A stretch of 64,000 nucleotides of DNA, taken from assembly GCA_032250905.1 (NCBI GenBank), contig JAVVEQ010000010.1, positions 12,000 to 75,999 of the forward strand, in the 5' to 3' direction. The notes under the pieces were generated by a model. The model was not told the DNA's origin. It did no database searches and worked only from the letters and a program-made list of their open reading frames with translations. Position numbers and translations under genes: made by a program. The DNA is from Desulfotignum sp. (GTDB taxonomy: Bacteria > Desulfobacterota > Desulfobacteria > Desulfobacterales > Desulfobacteraceae). Shown piece after piece: positions 1 to 13,348 of this stretch; positions within the stretch are counted from its first letter, which is position 1, and each line of letters begins with the position of its first letter.

Positions 1-1
1 A

Positions 2-253
2 AAAGATCCAGTTTCCTGTCACCGCATGATCCTGGTCTGCCGCCATCTGAAAGACAACACCCTGGAAATCCTTCATATTCTGGAGGATGGGAATCTGGAA
101 ACCAATGAAGCCGCCGAAAAACGGCTCATGAAACTGTTAAAAATCCCGGAGCTGGACCTGTTTGCCGGCCTGGAGGAACTGATCGATCAGGCCTATGACA
201 TCCAGGGGGAAAAAATCGCTTACCAGCCTCCTGATGCAACCGGTTCACCGTGA
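2..253 (+). CDS. DUF488-family protein, C-terminal part (5' end outside the window)
   Basis: The frame is open from base 2 and reads KDPVSCHRMILVCRHL, the E/K-D-P-x-x-C-H-R motif of the DUF488 C-terminus. The listed ATG at 26 is internal. Confidence 0.7.
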   Translation, partial: KDPVSCHRMILVCRHLKDNTLEILHILEDGNLETNEAAEKRLMKLLKIPELDLFAGLEELIDQAYDIQGEKIAYQPPDATGSP

Positions 254-332
254 CATTCCAGTCCCGCCGTACAAAGCAACCCATGAAAGAAACGATCATC
301 AGGTATTTTCTCAAATAAAAAGGAACAGCGCC

Positions 333-773
333 ATGGACACCTTGTTTACCATTGGGTTCACCAAAAAATCCGCCCGTCAATTCTTCACCCTGCTGCAGAG
401 CGCCGGAGTCCACCGGCTGGTGGATGTCCGGCTGAACAACGCCTCCCAGCTGGCCGGGTTCGCCAAAAAAAACGATCTAGCCTATTTCCTGGAAAAGATC
501 TGCGGTATCGACTATATCCATTTGCCCATATGGGCACCGGATCAGGCGCTTCTGGAACAGTACAAGAAAAAGAAGCTGGATTTTACCGCTTATGAGAAAA
601 AGTACCTGGCCTTGCTAAAACAAAGGAACATCGAGAAAACAGGCGTTCCCCAAATCAGGGACAAAGACTGCCTGTTATGCAGTGAACATGAATCCGAGTT
701 CTGCCACCGGAGATTGGCGGCGGAATATACAAAGACCTTGCGCCCGGACATGGCCATCGTTCATCTGCAATGA
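333..773 (+). CDS. DUF488-family protein (second of a tandem pair)
   Basis: Begins MDTLFTIGFTKKSARQFF and contains LVDVRLNN and LLCSEHESEFCHR. The start was moved from 195 to ATG 333, which follows AAGGA. Confidence 0.85.
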   Translation: MDTLFTIGFTKKSARQFFTLLQSAGVHRLVDVRLNNASQLAGFAKKNDLAYFLEKICGIDYIHLPIWAPDQALLEQYKKKKLDFTAYEKKYLALLKQRNIEKTGVPQIRDKDCLLCSEHESEFCHRRLAAEYTKTLRPDMAIVHLQ

Positions 774-904
774 CCCGTGCAGAACCGGAAGGGGCCCGCA
801 CATGCCCCCCCGGAAAAGAGGTGCTGCAGTCTGATGAACTGCCGTGGCCCATGCCCGGCCTGGTGGTGGAGGTGCTGATGCGGTTCATGAAAAACGAGCC
901 CTGA
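770..904 (+). CDS. candidate 44-aa small ORF
   Basis: ATGA overlap with the DUF488 stop. Reads MTRAEPEGARTCPPGKEVLQSDELPWPMPGLVVEVLMRFMKNEP, with G/C-rich third positions in its 3' half. It is below the ORF-track length cut-off. Confidence 0.35.
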   Translation: MTRAEPEGARTCPPGKEVLQSDELPWPMPGLVVEVLMRFMKNEP

Positions 905-908
905 CGAA

Positions 909-3827
909 TCAGTCCTCAGTTCCGGGAAAACCCAGGCGCCGGTCATAAATTCCCTTGACCGCATCGGTCATTTCCCTGAACCGGGCGGCTGGCACCTGTA
1001 ACGGTTTTTCCTGAAGGGTTAAGCGGTGGACCACCTGCCGCAACGTGATATACGCTTTCTGAAGGCTGCCGCTTTCCTCTCCGGAAATCAGCCCTTCACA
1101 GCTCAATCCTTCCAGGAGCCGGACATTGTCGGTCCATATCGTGACATCCGGATGCTCAGCCCCGTGCCGAAGGGTCAGATACTGGACCAGAAATTCAATA
1201 TCCACGATGCCGCCGTATCCCTGTTTGAGGTCAAACATGCCAGTTTCCGATTTGAGACGCTGACTGCGCATGCGCTCGCGCATCTCCCGGACCGCCTGTT
1301 TCAGCTCTTGGGCCGGGCGGGGTCTGCACAGGATCTTCTGCCGGATTTCATCGAACCGGACCTGCAGGGTTTTGTCTCCGGTAATGGGCCGTGCCCGGAT
1401 CAGGGCCTGGTGTTCCCAGGTCCAGGCCTGGTTCTGCATATACTCTTCAAACGCCTCGATATGGGAGACGATCATGCCGGCATCACCTCCCGGCCGCAGG
1501 CGCATGTCCGCCCCGTAAAGTGTGCCGGCCGGGGTATGCATGGTCAGGGCGTGGATGATGCGCTGTCCCAGATTGCCATAGAACCGGACCGTTTCAATGG
1601 ACCGTTCCCCGCCCCGGGTTTCCCCATGTTCCCCCCGATACAGGAATACCAGATCCAGGTCGGACTTGTACCCCATCTCCAGCCCGCCCACCTTGCCATA
1701 GGCCACGATGGCGAACCCGCAGTGATCGATGCCGTCTCCCGTCAGGTGGGGCGGGATTCCGTAACGGGAGGAAACAATGTGCCAGTCGATGCGCAGCACC
1801 CGGGCCAGAACGGTTTCCGCGATATAAGTGAGATGATCGCTGACCTTCATCAGCGGGTAATTCCCGCTCACATCCGCTACCGCCACCCGCAGGGTGTTGA
1901 CCTGTCGGAATATGTTCAACTCCTCCAGCAGATACTCCAGGTCATGGGGATCGATCTTGGCCATCCGGACCGCCATATCCTTTTCCAGGGCCGCTTTTTT
2001 CGGCAGGGCATACAGTGAGGCCGGGTGAAGGAGTTCATCCAGCAGCACCGGATGGCTGGCCAGAAACGTGATGATCCAGGGACTTTTTTCTGCGAGGGTA
2101 ATCAGGGTGTCCAGGGCCTGAGTGTTCTCGATGAGCAATGACAGATAGGTGGTCCTGCGTTCGATGGTAATGATCAGGTCCACCAGCCGGACCAGCACTG
2201 CCTCACTGTCTCTGGCCCGGCCCGCTTTTCTCAGCAGCACCGGCACCAGCCGGGCCAGTTTCTTGCGGCCGGCCGGTGTCAGGCGCAAGGTATTGGGATG
2301 ACCGGCCAGGGAACGGAGTATCGACAGGACCCGGCCGGGATCTTCAAATCCGGCCACTCCGATGGCTTCCTGGGAAAACTGGGGATCATTGATATTGAGC
2401 CACATCTCTTTAAGTTCTCTGGCTGCCGGATCCCGGGCATCATCGGTATCCGTGACCAGCAGCTGAGAAAAATGGCCGTGCACACAGGCCATGGTCTGAT
2501 CCAGTTCTTGCTTGAACGGGCCAAAGGAGTCAAACCCCATGGAAAGGGCCAGTATCATTTGCTGATCCGGATGTTCCGGAATATCATGTGTTTGCAGGTC
2601 CTGGTATTCCTGAAGCCGGTTTTCCACGGTACGCAGAAAGAGGTAAGACTGGATCAGGTCATCCCGGGTGGGGGCATCGATGCAGTCATGCCCGGCCAGC
2701 AGGTGCAGAACCTGTAAAATTCCCGGAGCCTGCAAAGAGGGTTCCACCCCGCCCCGGATGAGCTGAAACAGCTGGCCGAAAAATTCGATCTCCCGAATAC
2801 CGCCGGCTCCTAATTTGATGTTGTTTTTCAGGCGGGCATTTTTCACCTGCAGAGAGATGCGCTGCTTCATGTCCCGGAACGAATCAAAGGATCCATAATC
2901 AAAATACCGGCGGTAAATAAATCCGTTGAGATTATGGAGCAGCAGACGGCCGGCCGCCAGATCCCCGGCTACGGGCGCTGCCTTGATCATGGCATACCGC
3001 TCCCATTCCCGGCCCTGGGTCTGAAAATATTCCTCAAACGCGTCCGCGCTCATGATCAGAGGACCGCTGTCTCCAAAAGGCCGCAACCGGGTGTCCACCC
3101 GGTAAAAGTGCTGCCCGCTGTCTCCGGCAAAGAATTTGAGAAACTGCTTGCACAACCGGGTAAAAAAATCCAGGTTCGAGGTATTGATCCGTCCATTCAG
3201 AAACGTGTTGCCTTCTTTGGGGTATACAAAAATCAAATCAATATCCGAAGAAAAATTCAGCTCTTTGGCTCCCAGTTTTCCCATGCCCAGAATCACCATC
3301 TGCTGGGGATTTTCGTGCTGATCCATGGGGGTGCCGCAGGTGGTGCATAATTTTTCATACAGCACATCCAAAGCCTTACTCACGCAGGCATTGGCCAGTT
3401 CCGACAGATCGGACAGGGTTTCGGTCAGACCGGCCCTGCCGGTCAAATCCCGCCAGGCAATGCGGATCGTTTCCCGGCACTTGAATGCCTGCAGGACTTT
3501 CTTTGCCTGATCCGTATCCGAGCCTGCAATTTTCTGTATGGCCTGGTTTTGATACCATCCCGGGTTCCGCATTCTTTCCAGATCCCCGGAATCCACCAGG
3601 CCGTTCAGCATGTCCGGGTTCTTAGCCAGATTTTCCGCAATAAAATCACTGAACAGAAACACCCGGATCAGATCCGCCGGATCCACAGGACCGACGTTCT
3701 CCCTCTGCCCTAATTTTTCAAGGCGGTCATAAAACCGGTCCAGCCGGGTCATCAAAAGGGCTTTCAGGGAAGGAGAAAGACCGGGAAATACGGTGTCGAT
3801 CATACGGGCATCGGGTTTTTCGTTCAT
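909..3827 (-). CDS. glnE: bifunctional glutamine synthetase adenylyltransferase/deadenylase
   Basis: Two nucleotidyltransferase repeats: GMGKLGAKELNFSSDIDL...RVDTRLRPFG and AYGKVGGLEMGYKSDLDL...DMRLRPGG. The start is uncertain (TTG 3947, ATG 3827 or ATG 3803). Confidence 0.95.
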   Translation of the reverse strand: MNEKPDARMIDTVFPGLSPSLKALLMTRLDRFYDRLEKLGQRENVGPVDPADLIRVFLFSDFIAENLAKNPDMLNGLVDSGDLERMRNPGWYQNQAIQKIAGSDTDQAKKVLQAFKCRETIRIAWRDLTGRAGLTETLSDLSELANACVSKALDVLYEKLCTTCGTPMDQHENPQQMVILGMGKLGAKELNFSSDIDLIFVYPKEGNTFLNGRINTSNLDFFTRLCKQFLKFFAGDSGQHFYRVDTRLRPFGDSGPLIMSADAFEEYFQTQGREWERYAMIKAAPVAGDLAAGRLLLHNLNGFIYRRYFDYGSFDSFRDMKQRISLQVKNARLKNNIKLGAGGIREIEFFGQLFQLIRGGVEPSLQAPGILQVLHLLAGHDCIDAPTRDDLIQSYLFLRTVENRLQEYQDLQTHDIPEHPDQQMILALSMGFDSFGPFKQELDQTMACVHGHFSQLLVTDTDDARDPAARELKEMWLNINDPQFSQEAIGVAGFEDPGRVLSILRSLAGHPNTLRLTPAGRKKLARLVPVLLRKAGRARDSEAVLVRLVDLIITIERRTTYLSLLIENTQALDTLITLAEKSPWIITFLASHPVLLDELLHPASLYALPKKAALEKDMAVRMAKIDPHDLEYLLEELNIFRQVNTLRVAVADVSGNYPLMKVSDHLTYIAETVLARVLRIDWHIVSSRYGIPPHLTGDGIDHCGFAIVAYGKVGGLEMGYKSDLDLVFLYRGEHGETRGGERSIETVRFYGNLGQRIIHALTMHTPAGTLYGADMRLRPGGDAGMIVSHIEAFEEYMQNQAWTWEHQALIRARPITGDKTLQVRFDEIRQKILCRPRPAQELKQAVREMRERMRSQRLKSETGMFDLKQGYGGIVDIEFLVQYLTLRHGAEHPDVTIWTDNVRLLEGLSCEGLISGEESGSLQKAYITLRQVVHRLTLQEKPLQVPAARFREMTDAVKGIYDRRLGFPGTED

Positions 3828-4082
3828 GGGACCGCCAAAAGGTAATGGGTTGTCATTTTTCAAATACGGTTGTTTTTCAGTTTCATACATAATATCAGCA
3901 GCATTATCAACGGGATCTTTTTCAGACGGCCATTTCAGATTCGTCAATCCGGCCTTGCTAAATCGCTGTGTTTTATGATATTTATGGGGGCTTCAACAAG
4001 GGGCGCTTGATTATGAAACATGATCCGGACAGGCTTTCGGATCCGAAATGACAACACCAGGTGATATACAGGTATACAAAAA

Positions 4083-5211
4083 ATGAAAGCATTATTAGCC
4101 CTGGAAGACGGCAGGACCTTTTCCTGCAGAAGTTTCACAGGACCCGGGGAAGCATGCGGTGAAGCGGTGTTCAACACCAGCATGACGGGATACCAGGAGA
4201 TCCTCACGGATCCGTCCTATTACGGCCAGATGGTGACCATGACCTATCCGCTCATCGGCAATTACGGAATCAGCCCCGAGGACGTAGAATCCAGCCGAAT
4301 CCAGGTAGCGGCATTCATTGTCAAGGAATACCAGGATTTTCCCTCCAATTTCCGGTCCAGGGGGACCCTGGCGGATTACCTGATCAAAAGCCATGTACTG
4401 GGGGTGGAAGACCTGGACACCCGGGCCCTGACCCGGCATATTCGCAAATCCGGGGCCATGCGGGCCGTGATCTCCACCTCGGACCTGAATCCGGAATCTC
4501 TGGCGGCCAAAGCCCGGCAGGTACCAGGCATGGCCGGCAGCGACCTGGTGCAGTATGTGACCACCAAAAAACCGTATTTCTGGAAATACAACCAGCCCGA
4601 TTACGTGCCGGCGGAAACCCTTTCCAATTCCTTTGTATGGCGGCACAGGGGGAAAAAACACTCGGTGGTGGCCCTGGATTTCGGCATCAAGTACAATATC
4701 ATCCGGTGTCTGGAGAATGCCGGGTGCGAGGTGCTCACGGTTCCGGCAAAAACCTCTCCGGATGTCATCAGGGCACTCCAGCCAAACGGCATCTTCCTTT
4801 CCAACGGACCGGGAGATCCAGAGCCCCTGGCCTATGCCGTGGATACGATTCAGCAGCTGCTGGGGTCGGTGCCGGTTTTCGGCATCTGTCTGGGCATGCA
4901 GCTTTTGGGACTGGCCATGGGCGGAAAGACCTATAAAATCAAATTCGGACACCGGGGCGCCAACCAGCCGGTGAAAAACATGGCCACCGGCAAAGTGGAA
5001 ATCACCTCCCAGAACCATGGGTTTGCCGTGGACCTGAACAGTCTGACAGACCACTCTTCCGCATTGAGCCACATCAACCTGAACGAGGATTCCCTGGAAG
5101 GGATTCAGGATGACACTTTGAAGGCCTTTGCCGTCCAGTATCATCCCGAGGCCTCCCCCGGCCCCCATGACGCGGCCTATCTTTTCAACCAGTTTGCCAA
5201 AGTGATGACCC

Positions 5212-5225
<14 letters not shown>
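4083..5225 (+). CDS. carA: carbamoyl-phosphate synthase small subunit
   Basis: [24 protein letters not shown] (catalytic Cys) and [12 protein letters not shown]. Confidence 0.98.
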
Positions 5226-8428
<3,203 letters not shown>

Positions 8429-8436
<8 letters not shown>

Positions 8437-9862
8437 CTATCTGACGCTTCCCCCGTGTGAACGCCCCAAAGATGAATGTGGGGTATTCGGGCTGTACCAG
8501 CACCCGGAAGCCGCACAAATCACTTATTTCGGACTGTATGCCCTTCAGCACCGTGGCCAGGAAAGTGCGGGAATCTCCGTGAACCGTGGCATCAACGACA
8601 TGATCTTTTCACATAAAGGCATGGGCCTGGTACCTGAAATTTTCAATATGGCAGATTTGGAGCGGATCGAGGGCGGGTCTGCCATCGGCCATGTGCGCTA
8701 CTCCACCACCGGAGATTCGGTGCTGCTCAATGCCCAGCCCTTTGTGGTGAACCACCGCCACCGCTCCTATGCCCTGGCCCACAACGGCAACCTGGTGAAC
8801 GCCCATATTCTGCGGCGGGAGCTGGAGGAAAAAGGCTCTATTTTCCAGACCACCATGGACTCAGAGGTGTTTTTGCACCTGTTCATAAAAAACCTGGTCA
8901 AAGGCGACTATGAAACCGCCATTCTCAAGGCGGTGTCCAAAATCGAAGGGGCCTATTCCATGATCCTGCTCACCTGCAAAGGCGAGATCATCGGCATGAA
9001 AGATCCCAACGGGTTCCGGCCCCTGGCCCTTGGCAAACTCAACGGCCACTATGTGCTCGCATCGGAAACCTGTGCCTTTGACCTGATCCAGGCGGAGTTC
9101 ATCCGGGAGCTGGATCCCGGAGAAATCATTATCATCAACGAAGACGGAATCAAAAGCATCCGGCATCCCAAAGCCGCAGCCAACAAGAGCCTGTGTATTT
9201 TTGAATATATCTATTTTGCCCGGCCCGACTCCACCATTGACGGCAAGAACGTGTATGAAATGCGCAAAAACCATGGCCGGCGGCTGGCACAGGAAAGCCA
9301 TGTGGATGCCGATCTGGTCATGCCGTTTCCCGATTCCGGCAACTATGCCGCCATCGGGTATGCCAGGGAATCCGGGATTCCTTTTGAAATGGGCATGATC
9401 CGGAACCACTATGTGGGCCGAAGCTTTATCCAGCCCACCCAGTCCATGCGGGATTTTTCCGTAAGGATCAAGCTCAACCCTGTCAGAGAACTGATCAAAG
9501 GCAAAGACATCATCATCATTGAAGACTCCATCATCCGGGGCACCACCGCCAAAACCCGGGTCAAGGCATTACGGGAACTGGGGGTCAAAAAGGTGCACAT
9601 GCGCATCTCCTGCCCGCCCCACAGGTTTCCCTGTTATTACGGTATTGACTTCTCCTCCAAAGGGGAGCTGATTGCGGCAGAAAAATCGGTGGACGAACTG
9701 CGGGATTATCTGGGACTGGATTCGTTGCACTATCTGTCCATTAAAGGGATGCTGGAAGCCTCCGGGGTTAAAGATCCGGAACTGAATTTCTGCAAAGCCT
9801 GTTTTGACGGTCATTATCCGGTGCCGTTTGACCCTGAGTTCACCAAGCAGTGCATGGGCTAA
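8429..9862 (+). CDS. purF: amidophosphoribosyltransferase
   Basis: Propeptide then [23 protein letters not shown], the PRPP loop EDSIIRGTT and Fe-S cysteines (CYYG, CKACFDG). Confidence 0.97.
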
Positions 9863-9865
9863 ACC

Positions 9866-10861
9866 ATGCAGAAAAAAACCGTTGCCTTTTCCAAGGAGTC
9901 ATCCAATCTCTTTTTTCATATTCTGACCCGATGTAACCTGTCCTGTGACCACTGCTACATCAATCCGGAACAGCATGGCCGGCAGACCCTTTCCATTGAA
10001 ACCATCTGCCGGTGGCTGGGCCTTTTTTCCAAACATGCCCAACAGACCAACCTGATATTTTTAGGCGGGGAACCCACACTGCACAGGGATCTGGCCATTG
10101 CCGTCAAAAAAGCGCGGGAACTGACTTTCAACTCCATTACGATTGATACCAACGGGTTTCTTTTCCACAATATCCTGGACAAACTCACCCCGGATGATGT
10201 GGATTTCATCTCTTTTTCACTGGACGGGGCCACATCTGCCACCAATGATGCCATCCGGGGAAAGGGCAGTTATGAGGCTGTTCTCTCAGGGATTCACCAG
10301 GCCCGGACAAAAGAATATTCCTGCTCCATGATCTTTACGGTGTCGGACAAAAACCTGCACGAGCTGTCGAAAATGCCGGATTTGGCGGCATCCCTGGATA
10401 TCCAGCGGTTTTTCATCCAGGTCATCGGCATGCGGGGAAAATCCGCTGCCGGCGGTGCAGACACCCATCAGGTATCCAAGGACCTGTGGTTGTCGGTGAT
10501 TCCAAAGGTAGCTGAAACCATTGCTGAAAAAGGAATCACCGTGACCTATCCCAAAGTATTTCTGGAACCGGGAGAGGCGTTTTCCTGTGCCGGTATCGTG
10601 GCGGACAACTATTTCGTGTTTCCCAACGGCCGGGTCTATCGATGCCCCTTGTGCGAAGATTACCCCCTGCATGCCTATACCATCAAAGACAACCTCCTGG
10701 TGCCCTCCTCCCCGATCAATGAAACCGATCTGTTTGATCTGACCATTCCTGAAGGGTGTGTCATGAACAAAATCATCCAGCCGGGAAACCTGGATTATCT
10801 GTCAGACGGTACGCCGGCGCACAAAATCGCCTGCTGCATGCTCAAACAGGAAATCAGCTGA
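9866..10861 (+). CDS. radical SAM protein with a Cys-rich C-terminal (SPASM/twitch-like) region
   Basis: CNLSCDHC (CxxxCxxC), GGEP, TIDTNG, and C-terminal CAG...FPNGRVYRCPLC, CVMNK and CCMLK. Confidence 0.9.
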   Translation: MQKKTVAFSKESSNLFFHILTRCNLSCDHCYINPEQHGRQTLSIETICRWLGLFSKHAQQTNLIFLGGEPTLHRDLAIAVKKARELTFNSITIDTNGFLFHNILDKLTPDDVDFISFSLDGATSATNDAIRGKGSYEAVLSGIHQARTKEYSCSMIFTVSDKNLHELSKMPDLAASLDIQRFFIQVIGMRGKSAAGGADTHQVSKDLWLSVIPKVAETIAEKGITVTYPKVFLEPGEAFSCAGIVADNYFVFPNGRVYRCPLCEDYPLHAYTIKDNLLVPSSPINETDLFDLTIPEGCVMNKIIQPGNLDYLSDGTPAHKIACCMLKQEIS

Positions 10862-12110
10862 AAGGGTGTTTGCCTGTTTTTGATCTTTTCCGGTTTTTTT
10901 TCCGGGTTTCCGCTTCATGGAACAAAATCAGCTGTCGGATCCCTTTGGTATCTTTGGGATCCATGAGAATGTCTGCATACTCTTCTGACGACACCGGCTG
11001 AATGAGAATTTCCTGATGGATCAAAGCCTGGATCTGATTGAGCAGCAGTTTTTCTCTGGGGCTGCAAAAGGAAAATGCCTGGCCTTTGCGGGTGCCCCGA
11101 CCGGTCCGGCCCACCCGGTGCACATAGTTCTCCGGATTGTCCGGCAGATCATAATTGATCACATAATCCAGGTTAGGAATATCGATGCCCCGGGCAGACA
11201 CATCTGTGGCAATCAGAATGCGCTCTTCTCCTGCCTTGAACCGGGCCAGCACCTGGTTGCGTTCCGTCTGATCCTTGTCCCCGTGGAGGGTGGCTGACGC
11301 AATATGATCCCTTTCCAGGGCCTTGGCGACACGTTCCGCTCTGACCCTGGTTCTGACGAACACCAGGATGCGATCGTTTTCATGATCCCGGATAAACCGC
11401 CGAAGAAAAAACCGCTTGTCATCCATCTCCATTTCCACTACCCAGTGGGAAACGTTTCTGGATACCGGGTTGTCCGGCGCAATCTGAATCCGGATCGCAG
11501 AGGTTTTCACCTGGGAAAACGCCAGTTTCTTGATCTCCTTGTCAATGGTGGCGGAAAAAAACAATGTCTGGTGCCGTTGAGGCAGCTTCTTCTTGATGGC
11601 CTGGATATCTTCCAGAAACCCTTTGGCCAGCATCCGATCCGCTTCATCCAGCACCAGGGTGTTCACCCGGGACAGAACGATGGCCCCCTGACTGATGAGA
11701 TCAAACATCCTTCCCGGTGTGGCCACCAGAATATCAATACCGTCTTTCAACCGGGCAATCTGCCGGTCCTGATCCACACCGCCGTAAACCGCAAACGGAT
11801 TGACCCGGGTATGCCGGGACAACATATTGAATACCGCTCCGATCTGGCCTGCCAACTCCCGGGTCGGCACCATCACAATACACTGGATCCCTGTGGGAGA
11901 TCCAGGGCGTTTGGATTTGTGGATCCGGTCGACAACCGGAATGGCAAAGGCGGCGGTTTTTCCAGTGCCTGTCTGGGCCACGGCCAGAACATCTTCACCC
12001 TTGAGGATGGAAGGGATGGCTTTGAACTGAATATCAGTGGGCCTTTTGAATCCGGCGGCATCCAGATTTTTCTTTATAGATGCGGCAATGGGATATTTTT
12101 CAAATTTCAT
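10854..12110 (-). CDS. DEAD-box RNA helicase
   Basis: AQTGTGKT, PTRELA, TPGR, DEAD, SAT, ARGID and HRVGRTGR. Confidence 0.95.
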   Translation of the reverse strand: MKFEKYPIAASIKKNLDAAGFKRPTDIQFKAIPSILKGEDVLAVAQTGTGKTAAFAIPVVDRIHKSKRPGSPTGIQCIVMVPTRELAGQIGAVFNMLSRHTRVNPFAVYGGVDQDRQIARLKDGIDILVATPGRMFDLISQGAIVLSRVNTLVLDEADRMLAKGFLEDIQAIKKKLPQRHQTLFFSATIDKEIKKLAFSQVKTSAIRIQIAPDNPVSRNVSHWVVEMEMDDKRFFLRRFIRDHENDRILVFVRTRVRAERVAKALERDHIASATLHGDKDQTERNQVLARFKAGEERILIATDVSARGIDIPNLDYVINYDLPDNPENYVHRVGRTGRGTRKGQAFSFCSPREKLLLNQIQALIHQEILIQPVSSEEYADILMDPKDTKGIRQLILFHEAETRKKNRKRSKTGKHPFS

Positions 12111-12248
12111 ACCTGTCTCTTTTTTGTAAACCTGCCTGGTTGTAAGAATATTTTTAAGATACAGGTAATGGCGTTGAATCGCAACATATGTTTACCTGAG
12201 ATGCCAATATATACAGGCAGTTCCTTTGACAGGGATGCAGATTTATTC

Positions 12249-12277
12249 TTGACACGCGCAGGTCAAGCAGGTAAAGT
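12249..12277 (+). promoter_or_regulatory. sigma70-type promoter of the riboswitch-cobO-cobQ unit
   Basis: TTGACA (12249-12254), a 17-nt spacer and TAAAGT (12272-12277), directly before the riboswitch. Confidence 0.7.
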
Positions 12278-12282
12278 GGTGT

Positions 12283-12449
12283 ATTGTTCAGGTACTGCCC
12301 ACGCAGTCAAAAGGGAATCCTGTGAGAGTCAGGAACGGTCCCGCCGCTGTAACCGAGGATGAACGCCACACACAACCACTGATGAGATTTTCAACGGGAA
12401 GGGGTGGCCGGTAAGTTGATCCGGAAGTCAGAAGACCTGCCTGAACAGT
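12283..12449 (+). ncRNA. cobalamin (B12) riboswitch
   Basis: P1 helix GTTCAGG (12286) pairs with CCTGAAC (ends 12446). Contains AAAAGGGAATCCTGTGAGAGTCAGGAACGGTCCCGCCGCTGTAA, CCACTG, GGGAAGG and the B12 box AGTCAGAAGACCTGCC, and lies upstream of cob genes. Confidence 0.93.
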
Positions 12450-12740
12450 TGATCGTATGCTAGCGAGGACCTGGGGTGATCAACACAATGAGGATAAAAA
12501 CGGTTCCCATATCAGTGCTGCTGGTATGGGATTTTTTAATTCCTTGACAACAGGATGTCTCATGTTCTCCGGTATATCGGTCGCCATGCTTCAGGGGAAA
12601 ACAGGATATCTGGTGGTCCTGTTTTCCCTTTTGCATCTTCTCGACCGCCATATCGATACATTCATTCAACAATTGAAGGAACGGATATCAGACCACCGTG
12701 TGGTGATGCTGTTGAAACAGGGCAAGGGGTCTTTGGCTGA

Positions 12741-12756
12741 TGTTTCACATGAAACA
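12741..12756. promoter_or_regulatory. parS centromere-like site
   Basis: TGTTTCACATGAAACA matches the widespread parS consensus TGTTTCACGTGAAACA at 15/16, with perfect 7-bp arms, in non-coding DNA. Confidence 0.75.
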
Positions 12757-12835
12757 CACAGGGGTATACCGGCAAATACACCGTCACGTCGCTTTCAACA
12801 GCACGTAACGTCGGGAAACAAGATCAGGAGGCACC

Positions 12836-13348
12836 ATGAAAGGATACATACAGGTTTATACGGGAAAAGGAAAAGGGAAAACCACGGCTGCACTGGGACT
12901 GGCTCTCCGTGGCGCCGGCGCAGGCCTTCAGGTGTTTGTGGGACAGTTCCTCAAACAGGGGGATTATTCGGAAATCAAGGCGTTGTCCCTATTTGAAAAT
13001 GTAACCGTGGAACAGTTCGGCATGGGCAGGTTTGTCAGAGGCGTGCCCTCAGATCAGGAAAAAGCAGCCGCCAGGAAGGGGTATGGCCGATTGTGTGACA
13101 TTTTGGAAGCCGGAGTCCATGATCTGATCATCGTGGATGAAGGCAACGTGGCGGTGACCTGTCAGCTGATATCAGAAGAAGAGCTGCTGACACTGATGGA
13201 CAAAAAACCGGAAAACGTGGAACTGGTGATCACCGGCAGAGGGGCGTCACCTGCAGTAATGAACCGTGCCGACCTGGTCACCGAGATGAAAGAGATCAAA
13301 CACTATTATCACCAGGGCGTCGCGGCCCGCAAAGGCATTGAAAAATGA
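12836..13348 (+). CDS. cobO: cob(I)yrinic acid a,c-diamide adenosyltransferase (CobO/BtuR type)
   Basis: QVYTGKGKGKTTAALG, QFLK, DE and VITGR. AGGAGG RBS. Confidence 0.95.
   Translation: MKGYIQVYTGKGKGKTTAALGLALRGAGAGLQVFVGQFLKQGDYSEIKALSLFENVTVEQFGMGRFVRGVPSDQEKAAARKGYGRLCDILEAGVHDLIIVDEGNVAVTCQLISEEELLTLMDKKPENVELVITGRGASPAVMNRADLVTEMKEIKHYYHQGVAARKGIEK

Noticed and set aside
195-332. N-terminal extension of the second DUF488 ORF
   Set aside because: It overlaps the upstream gene, and family similarity begins at ATG 333, which has an RBS.
12457-12996. 179-aa ORF downstream of the riboswitch
   Set aside because: It overlaps cobO out of frame by 160 nt, has no RBS or motif, and runs through the parS palindrome.
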